Source: an uncultured Clostridia bacterium (GTDB taxonomy: Bacteria; Bacillota; Clostridia; TANB77; UBA1234). Taken from it: a stretch of 64,000 bases of DNA. The notes below the pieces were generated by a model. It had not been told where the DNA came from and searched no databases. It was given only the letters and a program-made list of their open reading frames with translations. Below, one piece after another: positions 9,540 through 18,825 of the stretch; position 1 is the stretch's first letter; the number at the start of each line of letters is the position of its first letter. The stretch covers positions 11,839 to 75,838 of the forward strand of contig CAKPAA010000005.1 in the NCBI GenBank assembly GCA_934132775.1, given 5' to 3'. The translations under genes and the position numbers were made by a program.

Positions 9540-10667
9540 ATGAATATTTATTACTTTGACAATGCTGCCACAACAAAATTAGACGAAAAAGTTTTAAAAG
9601 AAATGCTCCCCTACCTTATCCAAAATTATGGCAACGCATCGAGCCCTTACAAACTTGGAAGACATTCTAGAAAAGCTGTTGAAATATCAAGAGAAAAAGT
9701 TGCAAACGCATTGAATGCAAATAAAAACGAAATATATTTCACTTCTGGGGGAAGTGAGAGTGACAACACAGCACTTTTCGGTATTGCCAGTGCATATAGT
9801 TCAAAAGGGAAACACATAATAACAAGCCAAATCGAACATCCAGCAATATTAGAAACCTGTAAGCAACTAGAAAAGGAAGGCTATGAAATAACTTATCTTC
9901 CAGTTGATGATAATGGAGCAGTTAGCATAGAAGAACTAAAAAAAGCAATAAAACCTTCAACAATATTGATTTCAATTATGTTTGCAAATAATGAAATTGG
10001 TACAATACAACCAATAAAAGAAATCAGTACCATTGCTCATTCACACGGTATAATATTTCATACAGACGCAGTTCAAGCCGTTGGTAACGTTAAAATAGAT
10101 GTTAAAAAATTAGAAATTGATGCACTATCTCTATCGGGTCATAAATTTTATGGTCCAAAAGGAATTGGAGCATTATATGTCAGCGAAAATATAAAATTCA
10201 ATAAATTTATAAACGGTGGTCATCAAGAAAAAAATATGCGAGCAGGAACAGAAAATGTAGCAGGAATTGTCGGACTTGGTGAGGCGATAAACTTAGCCGA
10301 TAAAAACTTAGAAAAACATCAAAGCAAAATGACAAATTTGAGAAATTACTTCTTTGAAGAGATATTAAAAAACTTTAAAGATGTAAAAATAAACGGCGAT
10401 TTAAGCAATAGACTGCCTGGTAACGCTAACCTGTCTTTCAAAAATATAAATGGAAATAAAATTCTACTAGACTTAGATAAGTATGGAATTTGTATTTCAA
10501 CAGGAAGTGCTTGTAGCTCTTCATCTAACAATGCTTCACACGTTTTAAAGGCAATTAAGGTACCAAAAGATTACATCAATGGTTCGATAAGAGTTACCAT
10601 TGGAAAAAACAATACACAGGAAGAAGTTGATTATCTTTTAGAAAAATTAAAAGAGATTATTAAATAG
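9540..10667 (+). CDS. nifS: Cysteine desulfurase, NifS/IscS class V aminotransferase
   Basis: PLP-lysine motif 'SLSGHKFYGPKGIGALYV', active-site 'STGSACSS', and an RBS (gaaaggaa) upstream. Confidence 0.9.
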   Translation: MNIYYFDNAATTKLDEKVLKEMLPYLIQNYGNASSPYKLGRHSRKAVEISREKVANALNANKNEIYFTSGGSESDNTALFGIASAYSSKGKHIITSQIEHPAILETCKQLEKEGYEITYLPVDDNGAVSIEELKKAIKPSTILISIMFANNEIGTIQPIKEISTIAHSHGIIFHTDAVQAVGNVKIDVKKLEIDALSLSGHKFYGPKGIGALYVSENIKFNKFINGGHQEKNMRAGTENVAGIVGLGEAINLADKNLEKHQSKMTNLRNYFFEEILKNFKDVKINGDLSNRLPGNANLSFKNINGNKILLDLDKYGICISTGSACSSSSNNASHVLKAIKVPKDYINGSIRVTIGKNNTQEEVDYLLEKLKEIIK

Positions 10668-10670
10668 TTA

Positions 10671-10711
10671 AAATTCGTAATGAGGCTTATGGCACTTCAT
10701 TACGAATTTTT
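10671..10711 (+). terminator. Intrinsic terminator of nifS
   Basis: 13-bp stem: aaattcgtaatga (10671-10683) pairs with tcattacgaattt (10697-10709). It runs into a T-stretch 4 nt after the stop codon. Confidence 0.7.
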
Positions 10712-11051
10712 AAATCATTTATTAAATAAGTATAATATTAAATTTTATGTTCATAAAAAACATCTAGTAGCTTAAAAACTTTATTACAAAGCATTACGTT
10801 GAGCACTATTGCTAGATATGAGTACGTAGAAAAGTTTGTGTAAACTAGCACAATCCTTTCTATGTAAAGAATCAAAAATTATAATTGACTAAATCTTTTA
10901 TATTGTTATTATACAGTTAGTTAGTTTTAAGTCAATAGTGAGGGGTTATAGTTTAAGGCCATAATCCCTTAAATCAAGCTAAATATTAAAATTAATATTC
11001 TGTTCTCCGTCTCCCGTCCCTCTCCTCGTCATCTCGTCCTCTTTCCCCGCC

Positions 11052-11426
11052 TTATTTATCGAAGTTTATTAATTTCTTTATTTTTGAATCATAAGACCTT
11101 ATTTTTCTTTTTAATTCCATATTTTGCTCAATATACAAATTTTCTAAGTCAATTCTATCTTGTTCATTCATATCGCCTTCACTTATTATACCAACTTTAT
11201 ACTTCTTTTGTAAATCTAATAAATAATCTTGTCTCTCGTTTTTCAATTTATACTCCTCAAAAAAATTATTTATTCTTGTACTTTTTTCATTATCTATTGG
11301 TGCATCTACTGTACTTTCCTCTATTAAATTATTAGTTCTGTGAAACAAATGATGCAGCCATGATTTTACTTTTGAAAACAAACTGCTCATTTCTATTTTA
11401 TTATAATCCCTTCTCATAAATGGCAA
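11052..11426 (-). CDS. Hypothetical protein (charged, helical)
   Basis: 124-aa ORF with no recognisable motif. The start is uncertain (an internal MSSLFSKV is possible). It is followed in-frame by an odd GC-rich tract, described in the findings. Confidence 0.35.
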   Translation of the reverse strand: MPFMRRDYNKIEMSSLFSKVKSWLHHLFHRTNNLIEESTVDAPIDNEKSTRINNFFEEYKLKNERQDYLLDLQKKYKVGIISEGDMNEQDRIDLENLYIEQNMELKRKIRSYDSKIKKLINFDK

Positions 11427-11652
11427 ATTTTTCCTTTCATATATAATGACTTTATGACTGTATCCTTAAATTGGCATAGTTTGTTCAACATAACGTTGAA
11501 TTTCTTCCACAAATATGTTAAAATTATGGTAATAACTTCTATTTTTATAATTCCATTCATTTTTTGCGTTACATTGTGGCGTAAGATTATCTGATTGGCA
11601 TTATGCAAGATTATTGCATAAATAGAAGGCAATAAATTGGAGGTTTCAAACA

Positions 11653-11883
11653 ATGAACAAAATCTACACCAACGTCAATCGCATCCTCAGAACCATCTTC
11701 CACGTTCTCCATATCTTTGTTCGGCTCTTCATCATCACTTTCATCATCTGCGTAAGTCTGGTAGTAATTCGTTACACCGTTCCTGCCACAGAAAGTATGC
11801 CATCATATATCCAATTCGTTGATGAAATACTAATTCCGTGTGGTGAGAACTTCTTTAAAGGAGTGATGAAGTATCTGAAGTGA
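11653..11883 (+). CDS. Small single-pass membrane protein, unknown function
   Basis: 76 aa. A GGAGG RBS sits 8-9 nt before the ATG. Hydrophobic core is IFVRLFIITFIICVSLVVI. It is visibly GC-richer than its flanks and is followed by a GC hairpin plus T-run (about 11894-11925). It is convergent with the 719-aa gene. Confidence 0.45.
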   Translation: MNKIYTNVNRILRTIFHVLHIFVRLFIITFIICVSLVVIRYTVPATESMPSYIQFVDEILIPCGENFFKGVMKYLK

Positions 11884-11925
11884 AGTGATATTGCCAGCCT
11901 CTCTCGATTTCGAGGAGGCGCTTTT

Positions 11926-14085
11926 TTATGACTTTTCATAGGAACTTTTATCTATTGTTTTTCCATGTGATTGCTCATATTCTCTTTTTCTATCATCAAG
12001 AGCTGTTAAAAGCTGTTTCTGTTCTTCTTCTAGCCTTCCAAGTTTAGTTTGACTATAACTTCTAGCATGTGTTTCTCGTTGTTCTTGCTCTGCCATATCC
12101 AATTTTTGAACACTTTTATCATCAGCTTGAAAACCAGTACCATCTTCATAAAAATCTGCTATGTCAGAAAAAACCCTTTGTGGAACTCCATCTCCCAACT
12201 CACCATTTGGAGCATCAAATATTCCAAAATACTTGATTTTTCTATTGTTTTGAGGATTTTCGTCTAAACTTCTATATTCGACTCTGTTATGAGCAACATC
12301 TCTATATATTTTAGATTTAAAACTATATCCGTGTTCCGTATAATACTTCATTGCACTATCTAATCTATCTTGCATTGTTTCGCCATAATGCTCTCTAAAC
12401 AATTCTCCAGTTTCATAATTCATGCTTCTAGGCTGATAAGACATATCATACATAGGCATAATAGGAATAGATGGATTAACACGTTCTATTTTTCTTCTTC
12501 CATCACCACTTACAATTTCTCTAAATGCGGGTTGCCCATCTTTTCCATAATTTCCTGGTCTTGATGCCTCATGTTCTCCAACATAATATGCAAAATCAAT
12601 TTGTTTATAACTATCTAAATCAAAGTCAAAGCCAAACAATTCTTTAAAATCCTTTATACCACAAGGATATGGCAAAGTTTCATCAGGAATTGGAATTGAA
12701 CCTACTGCTCCACCAACGCAGCATTTGCTTACAATTTCTGGATGTATCATTGCAAATCTTTGAGCAAAAACCCCTGATGCAGAATAACCACTCAGAAAAA
12801 CTTTCTCGGAAACAGATTTTCCTGTAATTTCTTCAATTTTCCTTTTAGCTGATTCTATACATTCTAAATATTGAGTATCCATTCGTTCTTCAGGTGCTTT
12901 TTCTTCTATACAATCACGAGAAAGTTCCTGAAAGTACCCCTCTCCATCTATACTAGGAACAATTGGAATAACAATAGGAGCATCTTTTACAGATTTAAGT
13001 ATTCTATTTGCTGTTCCTAATGCACTAACTGAACTTCTATCATCAAATCCAACAATATTTCCTCTTTTATCACTTTCTTTATTTAAACTTTCAACAATAA
13101 TTTCTGAATTGTCTTTCATTCCATCAGGAATAACTAATAAATACGGAATAGAAGACCCCTCAATTATCATATAACCTTCATACTTTTTTCCATCATGTTC
13201 AAATTGACTAATAGTTGTAAAATAATCACTTAAACAATCTGTTTTTTCTGGAAGTCTAAGACCATATTTACCCATTGTCTTTAATAAACAATCATCTCTC
13301 TTTTGAACAAAATCAGCAAAATTACCAATATCTAATACATCTGTTCTTCTTTGTTCAGACGAAAAAACATATTTTACACCCATTTGATTTAGCCTAATTA
13401 ATTCATCTTGCCACATAGCAAATGCTCCACCATGAGTTTCAGAAATAGTAGTACATAATGTGCCATTTTCTATACCATGAGAATATACATTACCTCCCAT
13501 TAAGCCTCTTTCTTTTTGATCTGGATTTACTCTTGATGAATATCTTTTTGCTACATCATAATCAGTAGTCCAATAAGAAATACCATCTCGAATACTATAA
13601 ACTCCTTTTTCATCAGGGACACCAATCTGACTAGGATCAAGTTCTTCGGCTGTGCCATGATACAACATGTCTGGAGATGAAATACTTTGTGCTTTATATT
13701 TAAAAATTTCACCTAATTTAGGGTCTAAAACTCTTTCAACATCATAGCCTTTCATTTTCATATCATCAATTAAAACTTGCAATTTAGCTGAATAAAAAGC
13801 TCTTGAAGCTAAACATTTTTTTATCCAATCGCCTAAATCTTGCTTTGACGAATCATTATTAACATCACGATATATCCAATAATCCTGCATACCAATATCA
13901 TAGAATAAATCAATTAAAAGTAATGCAGATGCTTGTTCTTCTGTTCTATCTCTTCCTCTTTTTCTTGCTTTTTCAATATACTTTTTTAGCGACTCATTAT
14001 TTTGTCGACGAAGCATATCTATTTCTCCATCAGTAAGAGAAAACTCCGATCTTCTTGGAATAGTATTCAAACGTTTCACCACCAT
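11926..14085 (-). CDS. Large multidomain protein with alpha/beta-hydrolase (GxSxG) core; N-terminal domain of unknown, possibly ART-like, fold
   Basis: Nucleophile-elbow 'FLSGYSASGVFAQRF' lies in the middle of the 719 aa. There is no signal peptide. The N-terminal region contains 'MLYHGTAEEL' and 'GISYWTTDYDVAKRYS'. Confidence 0.55.
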   Translation of the reverse strand: MVVKRLNTIPRRSEFSLTDGEIDMLRRQNNESLKKYIEKARKRGRDRTEEQASALLLIDLFYDIGMQDYWIYRDVNNDSSKQDLGDWIKKCLASRAFYSAKLQVLIDDMKMKGYDVERVLDPKLGEIFKYKAQSISSPDMLYHGTAEELDPSQIGVPDEKGVYSIRDGISYWTTDYDVAKRYSSRVNPDQKERGLMGGNVYSHGIENGTLCTTISETHGGAFAMWQDELIRLNQMGVKYVFSSEQRRTDVLDIGNFADFVQKRDDCLLKTMGKYGLRLPEKTDCLSDYFTTISQFEHDGKKYEGYMIIEGSSIPYLLVIPDGMKDNSEIIVESLNKESDKRGNIVGFDDRSSVSALGTANRILKSVKDAPIVIPIVPSIDGEGYFQELSRDCIEEKAPEERMDTQYLECIESAKRKIEEITGKSVSEKVFLSGYSASGVFAQRFAMIHPEIVSKCCVGGAVGSIPIPDETLPYPCGIKDFKELFGFDFDLDSYKQIDFAYYVGEHEASRPGNYGKDGQPAFREIVSGDGRRKIERVNPSIPIMPMYDMSYQPRSMNYETGELFREHYGETMQDRLDSAMKYYTEHGYSFKSKIYRDVAHNRVEYRSLDENPQNNRKIKYFGIFDAPNGELGDGVPQRVFSDIADFYEDGTGFQADDKSVQKLDMAEQEQRETHARSYSQTKLGRLEEEQKQLLTALDDRKREYEQSHGKTIDKSSYEKS

Positions 14086-14109
14086 TTTACGATCTTTTTA
14101 TATTTTTAA

Positions 14110-14361
14110 TCATTGTTCTATTTGAAGGACAAACAAATCATATTCGCCAATACTTATTTGGTTGTCTTTATTTCCATGGTCAAATATTTCCCGATAAACA
14201 TCTAAACATTGCTTATTATCAAGACATAATATTGATGTTTTTAATGTTCCTATCTGCTTTCCACTCAAAAACCTCTTTTGTCTATCAATAGAATAACTAT
14301 CATTACTAAAATCATGTTGAATCCTATTAAAAAGAGAATTCGCCACTTTAAATAAATTCAT
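14110..14361 (-). CDS. Small hypothetical protein immediately upstream of the hydrolase gene
   Basis: 83-aa ORF ending 24 nt before the 719-aa gene. No motif recognised. Confidence 0.35.
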   Translation of the reverse strand: MNLFKVANSLFNRIQHDFSNDSYSIDRQKRFLSGKQIGTLKTSILCLDNKQCLDVYREIFDHGNKDNQISIGEYDLFVLQIEQ

Positions 14362-14447
14362 TGGTTATCACATTTTATATAATTTAACAAAATACAAAAT
14401 CTCTCGATGATATTTTACTTCATTTGAAATAATTTGTATATATCTTT

Positions 14448-14700
14448 TTGAAACTTTCTCATTTCATTGTTTGTACAGATGCTGGACTTGCCTCTAATGA
14501 AAATAGAGCTTTTAATAACATTCAAAATAGGTCATATATTGTTACATATAGAATATTAAAAACAGAATTTAAATCGAGACTTGTTTATCTTAAAAATGAT
14601 GACAGAATTAAAGCATATTTTACCACTTGTTTCATTACGAATTTTCAGTTATTTATTAGTTCTAACGTGTTACTATCATATTCTAAAGTTATATTGTCAT
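14448..14700 (+). pseudogene. Internally deleted IS4/IS1634-type DDE transposase remnant
   Basis: The translation 'IVCTDAGLASNENRAFNN..SYIVTYRILKTEFKSRLVYLKNDDRIKAYFTTCFI' joins a second-Asp block (xxxDxGxxSxxN) directly to the C-terminal 'E-F+xxKSxLxxRPvYxxxxxRIxAHFxxCF' block. The roughly 100+ aa normally between them is missing, and the tail is low-complexity. Confidence 0.5.
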
Positions 14701-14714
14701 CCAGCTTTTACAGT

Positions 14715-16487
14715 TTACTTTTCACATTTGCCAACATCTTTTTCCTTATTTCTAAAAATAAATCGTCCTATGTCTTTTAATTTTTGATGAACCCTTTGTA
14801 AATCGAAATTATCTAATCCCAAATCTATTGCTTTTCTTGCCACTCCAAATAATTCAGAAATACCGCTCTTGCCTTGCTCCTTTCTTAAATTTGAAATTGC
14901 TTTACGAAATGCTTGTTTCTTTTGTTTCTCTGAAATAGGAGGCTGTTCATACTCGGAAGAAACTGTATTTTTCTCATATTCAAAAATATCATGTCCTTTA
15001 AAATCAGCATCGGATTTTAAGCAATAAGGCAATGAATATCTTCCACTCTTTATATAGTCGGCATCCCAAGTTAAATCTGTCAAATACCAATTATTATCAA
15101 TCATTACACGATTCCAAGCGTGCCCACTCAAATCTGGATTTTCGCTATTAAGTTTCAGTATTTTATTCTTCTCTTCTTCAGTTAATCCTGCAGCAATACA
15201 TTCACTTTTTATGCCAATACAAGCTAATGTATTTTGCAATATTTCAGCATAACCAGTGCAAACAGCCTTGCCGTCTACTAAACCACCATATAAATTCGCA
15301 GAGTTTTTACGTAGATTGTAATTCTCGTTGCATTTACTCTTACAGGCCACAAAATCATAATCAATTATTTTTCCCAATTGGCTATACACATATGCAAATT
15401 TTTCCAACTCGTTTGCATCACTAGGTATTCTAGAAATAATTTTATCTATTTTGCTCCTTATTAATCCATATTCTTCTGGAGTATATTTATGTATTTCCGT
15501 TTCATATAATTTTAGTGAAATTCCTCTAAGGTTGTGACTGTTTGCTAAATCATCTATTGTAAATTCAGAGGCGTCAGACATTTCCAAATAAGTTGGAATA
15601 TGTATATCACTTTTTTCTTTAATCTTTTTATAGCTAGTAGCAGAAGCATAAAACGTTGCGTTAGTTAAAGAATCCATCTCCTCAATTGCTGCCATCACAT
15701 CTTCTCTGCTCATATCAATTTCATCATCTAAAATAATTTTTAAATCTGCAAGTTTAGAAAAATCATATCTGTTTCTTAATTTGCAATAAGCATTAAACGT
15801 AATGCTTTCACACGGAAATTTTTCAATTGCATCTGCGATGTCACTAAATTTTTTATCATAAAATCCAATATTTCCTTTTCTTTTTACAATTTCGTCTATC
15901 ACTCTTTCTTCATCGCTAAATTCACATTCTGAAAATCTAAGTACAGTCTCATCTGGCAACTTGCTTACCATTTGCAAATTTGATATATTACAATTGCTAA
16001 AACTTAACTTTTTTAAACCTGTCCATTGTGCGAATATATCAGGATCGGCAGACGAAAAGTCTATATGACTCAAACTTAAATCTCTTAGTGAATCTTTTGA
16101 AATATCAATTATTTTTTGTATCAGCCTTAAATTATCTCCGTTTATCGTGGACTGATAAATGAATGCTTCACTCAAATTCATATGACTAATTGCAAGGCAT
16201 AATTCATCTTCAAATTCTTTCTTATTAGGTATTTCTTCTTTAATAGCTATGAAAATCTTATCCAAATTTCCAAGTGCTGTTTCTTCTATTCCCTTTTCGT
16301 CATCATATAACTCAATATGATACGGCTCGCCAAATCTTTGAAAAATATATTGTTCTTTTTGCTCTGGTGTCAAAGCACCCCCCATAGCATCTTCATAAGA
16401 CTTGCATACTTTATCATTGCGTATATTACGTTGTATAATTGCAGCATTAACAATAGCTGCCACACTTTTGTTCTTAAATTTTATCAT
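14715..16487 (-). CDS. LRR-like + transglutaminase-like cysteine protease domain protein
   Basis: Cys-His-Asp core: 'GKAVCTGYAEILQNTLACIGIK ... SGHAWNRVMIDNNWYLTDLTWD'. The N-terminal half has leucine-rich-repeat-like units (LRDLSLSHIDFSS..., LKKLSFSNCNISNLQMVSKL...). No signal peptide. Confidence 0.7.
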   Translation of the reverse strand: MIKFKNKSVAAIVNAAIIQRNIRNDKVCKSYEDAMGGALTPEQKEQYIFQRFGEPYHIELYDDEKGIEETALGNLDKIFIAIKEEIPNKKEFEDELCLAISHMNLSEAFIYQSTINGDNLRLIQKIIDISKDSLRDLSLSHIDFSSADPDIFAQWTGLKKLSFSNCNISNLQMVSKLPDETVLRFSECEFSDEERVIDEIVKRKGNIGFYDKKFSDIADAIEKFPCESITFNAYCKLRNRYDFSKLADLKIILDDEIDMSREDVMAAIEEMDSLTNATFYASATSYKKIKEKSDIHIPTYLEMSDASEFTIDDLANSHNLRGISLKLYETEIHKYTPEEYGLIRSKIDKIISRIPSDANELEKFAYVYSQLGKIIDYDFVACKSKCNENYNLRKNSANLYGGLVDGKAVCTGYAEILQNTLACIGIKSECIAAGLTEEEKNKILKLNSENPDLSGHAWNRVMIDNNWYLTDLTWDADYIKSGRYSLPYCLKSDADFKGHDIFEYEKNTVSSEYEQPPISEKQKKQAFRKAISNLRKEQGKSGISELFGVARKAIDLGLDNFDLQRVHQKLKDIGRFIFRNKEKDVGKCEK

Positions 16488-16667
16488 ATGTCAAGACTCC
16501 TTAATCTTATTTTTTATCTCTTATTAACAAATTGAAAAAGTATTTTTTGAAATATGAAAGTAGCAGACTTTTCAGCTCGTTACGCATCAAATTCATTCCG
16601 TATTGCATAAAGACTTCAATTTATATGAGAACTTTTCTCACTTGATACACTGAAGTTTTATCACTTT

Positions 16668-17120
16668 TTACTTTTTAAAAATTTTTCTAATAAAATTAAG
16701 CATTTTTTCAAAAAAATTATTCTTTTTTATTTTAACTATTTCATTTTCTATTTTAGTTGCCACTTCACTTTGACTGTTAGTTGCCTTATCATTGCCATCA
16801 GCATTTTTTTCAAGCAATAGTTCATATTCTTTGCTTCTCTTTTCAGCATTCATTTTATCGTTATCATCAATTTGTTTTTTCAACATATCTTTTTCTTCTT
16901 GATCGTCACAAAAATACTTGATATAAATATATGATAATAATGCTAATGTATCTTTATCTGATATCTGAAACTTAACTGGAATATCTTTATTTATTTGAAA
17001 ATCATAATTTGGAATAATGTTCTTTTTCATTTCTTCAACTAGACTACTTGGTAAGTCTTCTAGCAAATTTAAAGATTCAAGTGCAATATATGCTTCTGTA
17101 TAAGCTTTTTTACTTATCAT
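16668..17120 (-). CDS. Hypothetical acidic/helical protein
   Basis: 150-aa ORF. It is the first gene of the island on the minus strand. No motif recognised. Confidence 0.4.
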   Translation of the reverse strand: MISKKAYTEAYIALESLNLLEDLPSSLVEEMKKNIIPNYDFQINKDIPVKFQISDKDTLALLSYIYIKYFCDDQEEKDMLKKQIDDNDKMNAEKRSKEYELLLEKNADGNDKATNSQSEVATKIENEIVKIKKNNFFEKMLNFIRKIFKK

Positions 17121-17275
17121 TTTTTCTCCTCTCTAATGGTTTTATCTTTCGTTGTTCTTTCTTTTTCAATGATAATTTTCTTTACCTACTAAAATTCTAT
17201 CACACTTGTCACACAATATTCAATAATAAAAGTGAAAAAACACATTGTCTATAAAACTCAAATGTCTTTCCGTGC

Positions 17276-17312
17276 CAAAAGCACCAGCTAACTTCTAAAT
17301 ATTAGCTGGTGC
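17276..17312 (-). terminator. Intrinsic terminator after the DD-carboxypeptidase gene
   Basis: 11-bp stem: gcaccagctaa (17281-17291) pairs with ttagctggtgc (17302-17312). A U-run follows on the minus strand (aaaag on plus, 17276-17280). Confidence 0.6.
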
Positions 17313-17346
17313 CTACCTTTTAATATGATTAAAATAACTATACGTT

Positions 17347-18579
17347 TTACCTTCCTAATCTATATCCAAAACCAACAAGTTCATCTAAATAATTTATAAA
17401 ATTTTTTCTTTTCACTTCCTGATTTGAAAGAAGATTTCCACTACTAATTAGTTCATCATTCAAATAACAATTTATTGTTCCAAGTTTTTCTCTATATGCG
17501 ATTGGTGCAGAAATTTGATCATCATATATTATTTCTGTTCTTATATTTTTCTCGTCTCCCTTTCCTATCAATGCTGAAACATCTTTTTCTACAACAACTT
17601 CTATTTCTTTTTCATTTCCTTTCTCAATTGGTATTTTTTCTATAACTTGATTTTGACTTGCAAGCACCTTGTTTGAAAAGTTTGCAAATCCGTAGTCAAG
17701 CAGTTTCCTTGCATCATCAAACCTGTTTTGACTGGTTGTTCCGTGAACAACAACAGCAATTAACTTTAAATCATTTCTAGTTGCCGTTGCCGATAAATTA
17801 AAACCAGCCATTGATGTTGAACCAGTTTTTAAGCCTGTGCACCCCGAATAAAATCTTACTAATTTATTCGTGTTTACTAGTTGTGATTTTCCATCTCTTA
17901 AAGAATCCATCCATATCTTTGTGTATTCGTGCATTTTAGGATGGTTTTTACTTAACTCTCTACTCATCAAAGCTATATCATATGCTGATGTTAAGTGACC
18001 ATCTTCATCAATTCCGTGACAATTTTTAAAAGTTGTATCATTCATTCCAAGTTCTTTTGCTTTGTCATTCATTTTTTGTACAAATGCTTCTTCACTTCCG
18101 CCGACAAACTCGGCCATTGCCATACTACAATCATTTGCTGATACAACACAGATAGCTTTAAGCATTTCGTGCACTGTAAGCTGTTCTGTTTCATTAAGCC
18201 ATATCTGTGAGCCACCCATTTTTCTAGCTTTTTCACTACAAGGAACTCTGTCATCTAAATTTATTTGACCGCTGTCCAATGCCTCCATAACTAGTAAAAG
18301 CGTCATTACTTTTGTCACACTTGCTGGCCTTAACTTCTTATGTTCATTTTTTGCATACAATATAGTGCCTGTATCCTCGTCAATTAAAATAGCAGATTCA
18401 GAGTCCAATTCAAGATTTGCCTTGTTAGGTATTTGTGCCATTGTTTCAATAAGTGAGCTATCTTTCCATACCGGTATCATACTATTATCTTCAAAATATG
18501 CCAGAGAATTCAGCGATATAAATAATATTGTAAAACACATAAAAATACAAACATATCTTTTCATATATAGATCCTCCAA
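17347..18579 (-). CDS. D-alanyl-D-alanine carboxypeptidase (PBP5/DacB/DacF type, peptidase S11)
   Basis: SxxK 'ASVTKVMT', SxN 'VSANDCS', KTG 'LKTGST', and an N-terminal signal peptide. The start may be the internal MKRYVCIF (18564). Confidence 0.9.
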   Translation of the reverse strand: MEDLYMKRYVCIFMCFTILFISLNSLAYFEDNSMIPVWKDSSLIETMAQIPNKANLELDSESAILIDEDTGTILYAKNEHKKLRPASVTKVMTLLLVMEALDSGQINLDDRVPCSEKARKMGGSQIWLNETEQLTVHEMLKAICVVSANDCSMAMAEFVGGSEEAFVQKMNDKAKELGMNDTTFKNCHGIDEDGHLTSAYDIALMSRELSKNHPKMHEYTKIWMDSLRDGKSQLVNTNKLVRFYSGCTGLKTGSTSMAGFNLSATATRNDLKLIAVVVHGTTSQNRFDDARKLLDYGFANFSNKVLASQNQVIEKIPIEKGNEKEIEVVVEKDVSALIGKGDEKNIRTEIIYDDQISAPIAYREKLGTINCYLNDELISSGNLLSNQEVKRKNFINYLDELVGFGYRLGR

Positions 18580-18825
18580 AATAATTTTATTTAAACAAAC
18601 TTAATTTTTATTAAGTTCCACTTACTTTATTTCTATTTTTGTGGATATATTTTTATGATATGTATATATAAATTTCAGATTATATATTGAAAAAGAGAAC
18701 CTTGAAAAAACAAAGTTCCCTTTTTAAATTTTGTCAAACTATTAGAATTGACAATTTTGCATAATGACATTATTTGAATGTTTCTTAATGTTTAAACGCT
18801 TCCGCAAAAATCAGCTTTGTACATC

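Noticed and set aside
11414-11822. ORFs 11414..11653 (-) and 11637..11822 (+)
   Set aside because: They have no RBS. They overlap the better-supported genes 11052..11426 and 11653..11883, and the plus-strand one is merely an alternative frame of the GC-richer small membrane gene.
14448-14787. Intact genes 14448..14780 and 14581..14787 (plus strand)
   Set aside because: The first is best explained as a deleted transposase relic joined to low-complexity read-through. The second is an overlapping alternative frame with no signals.
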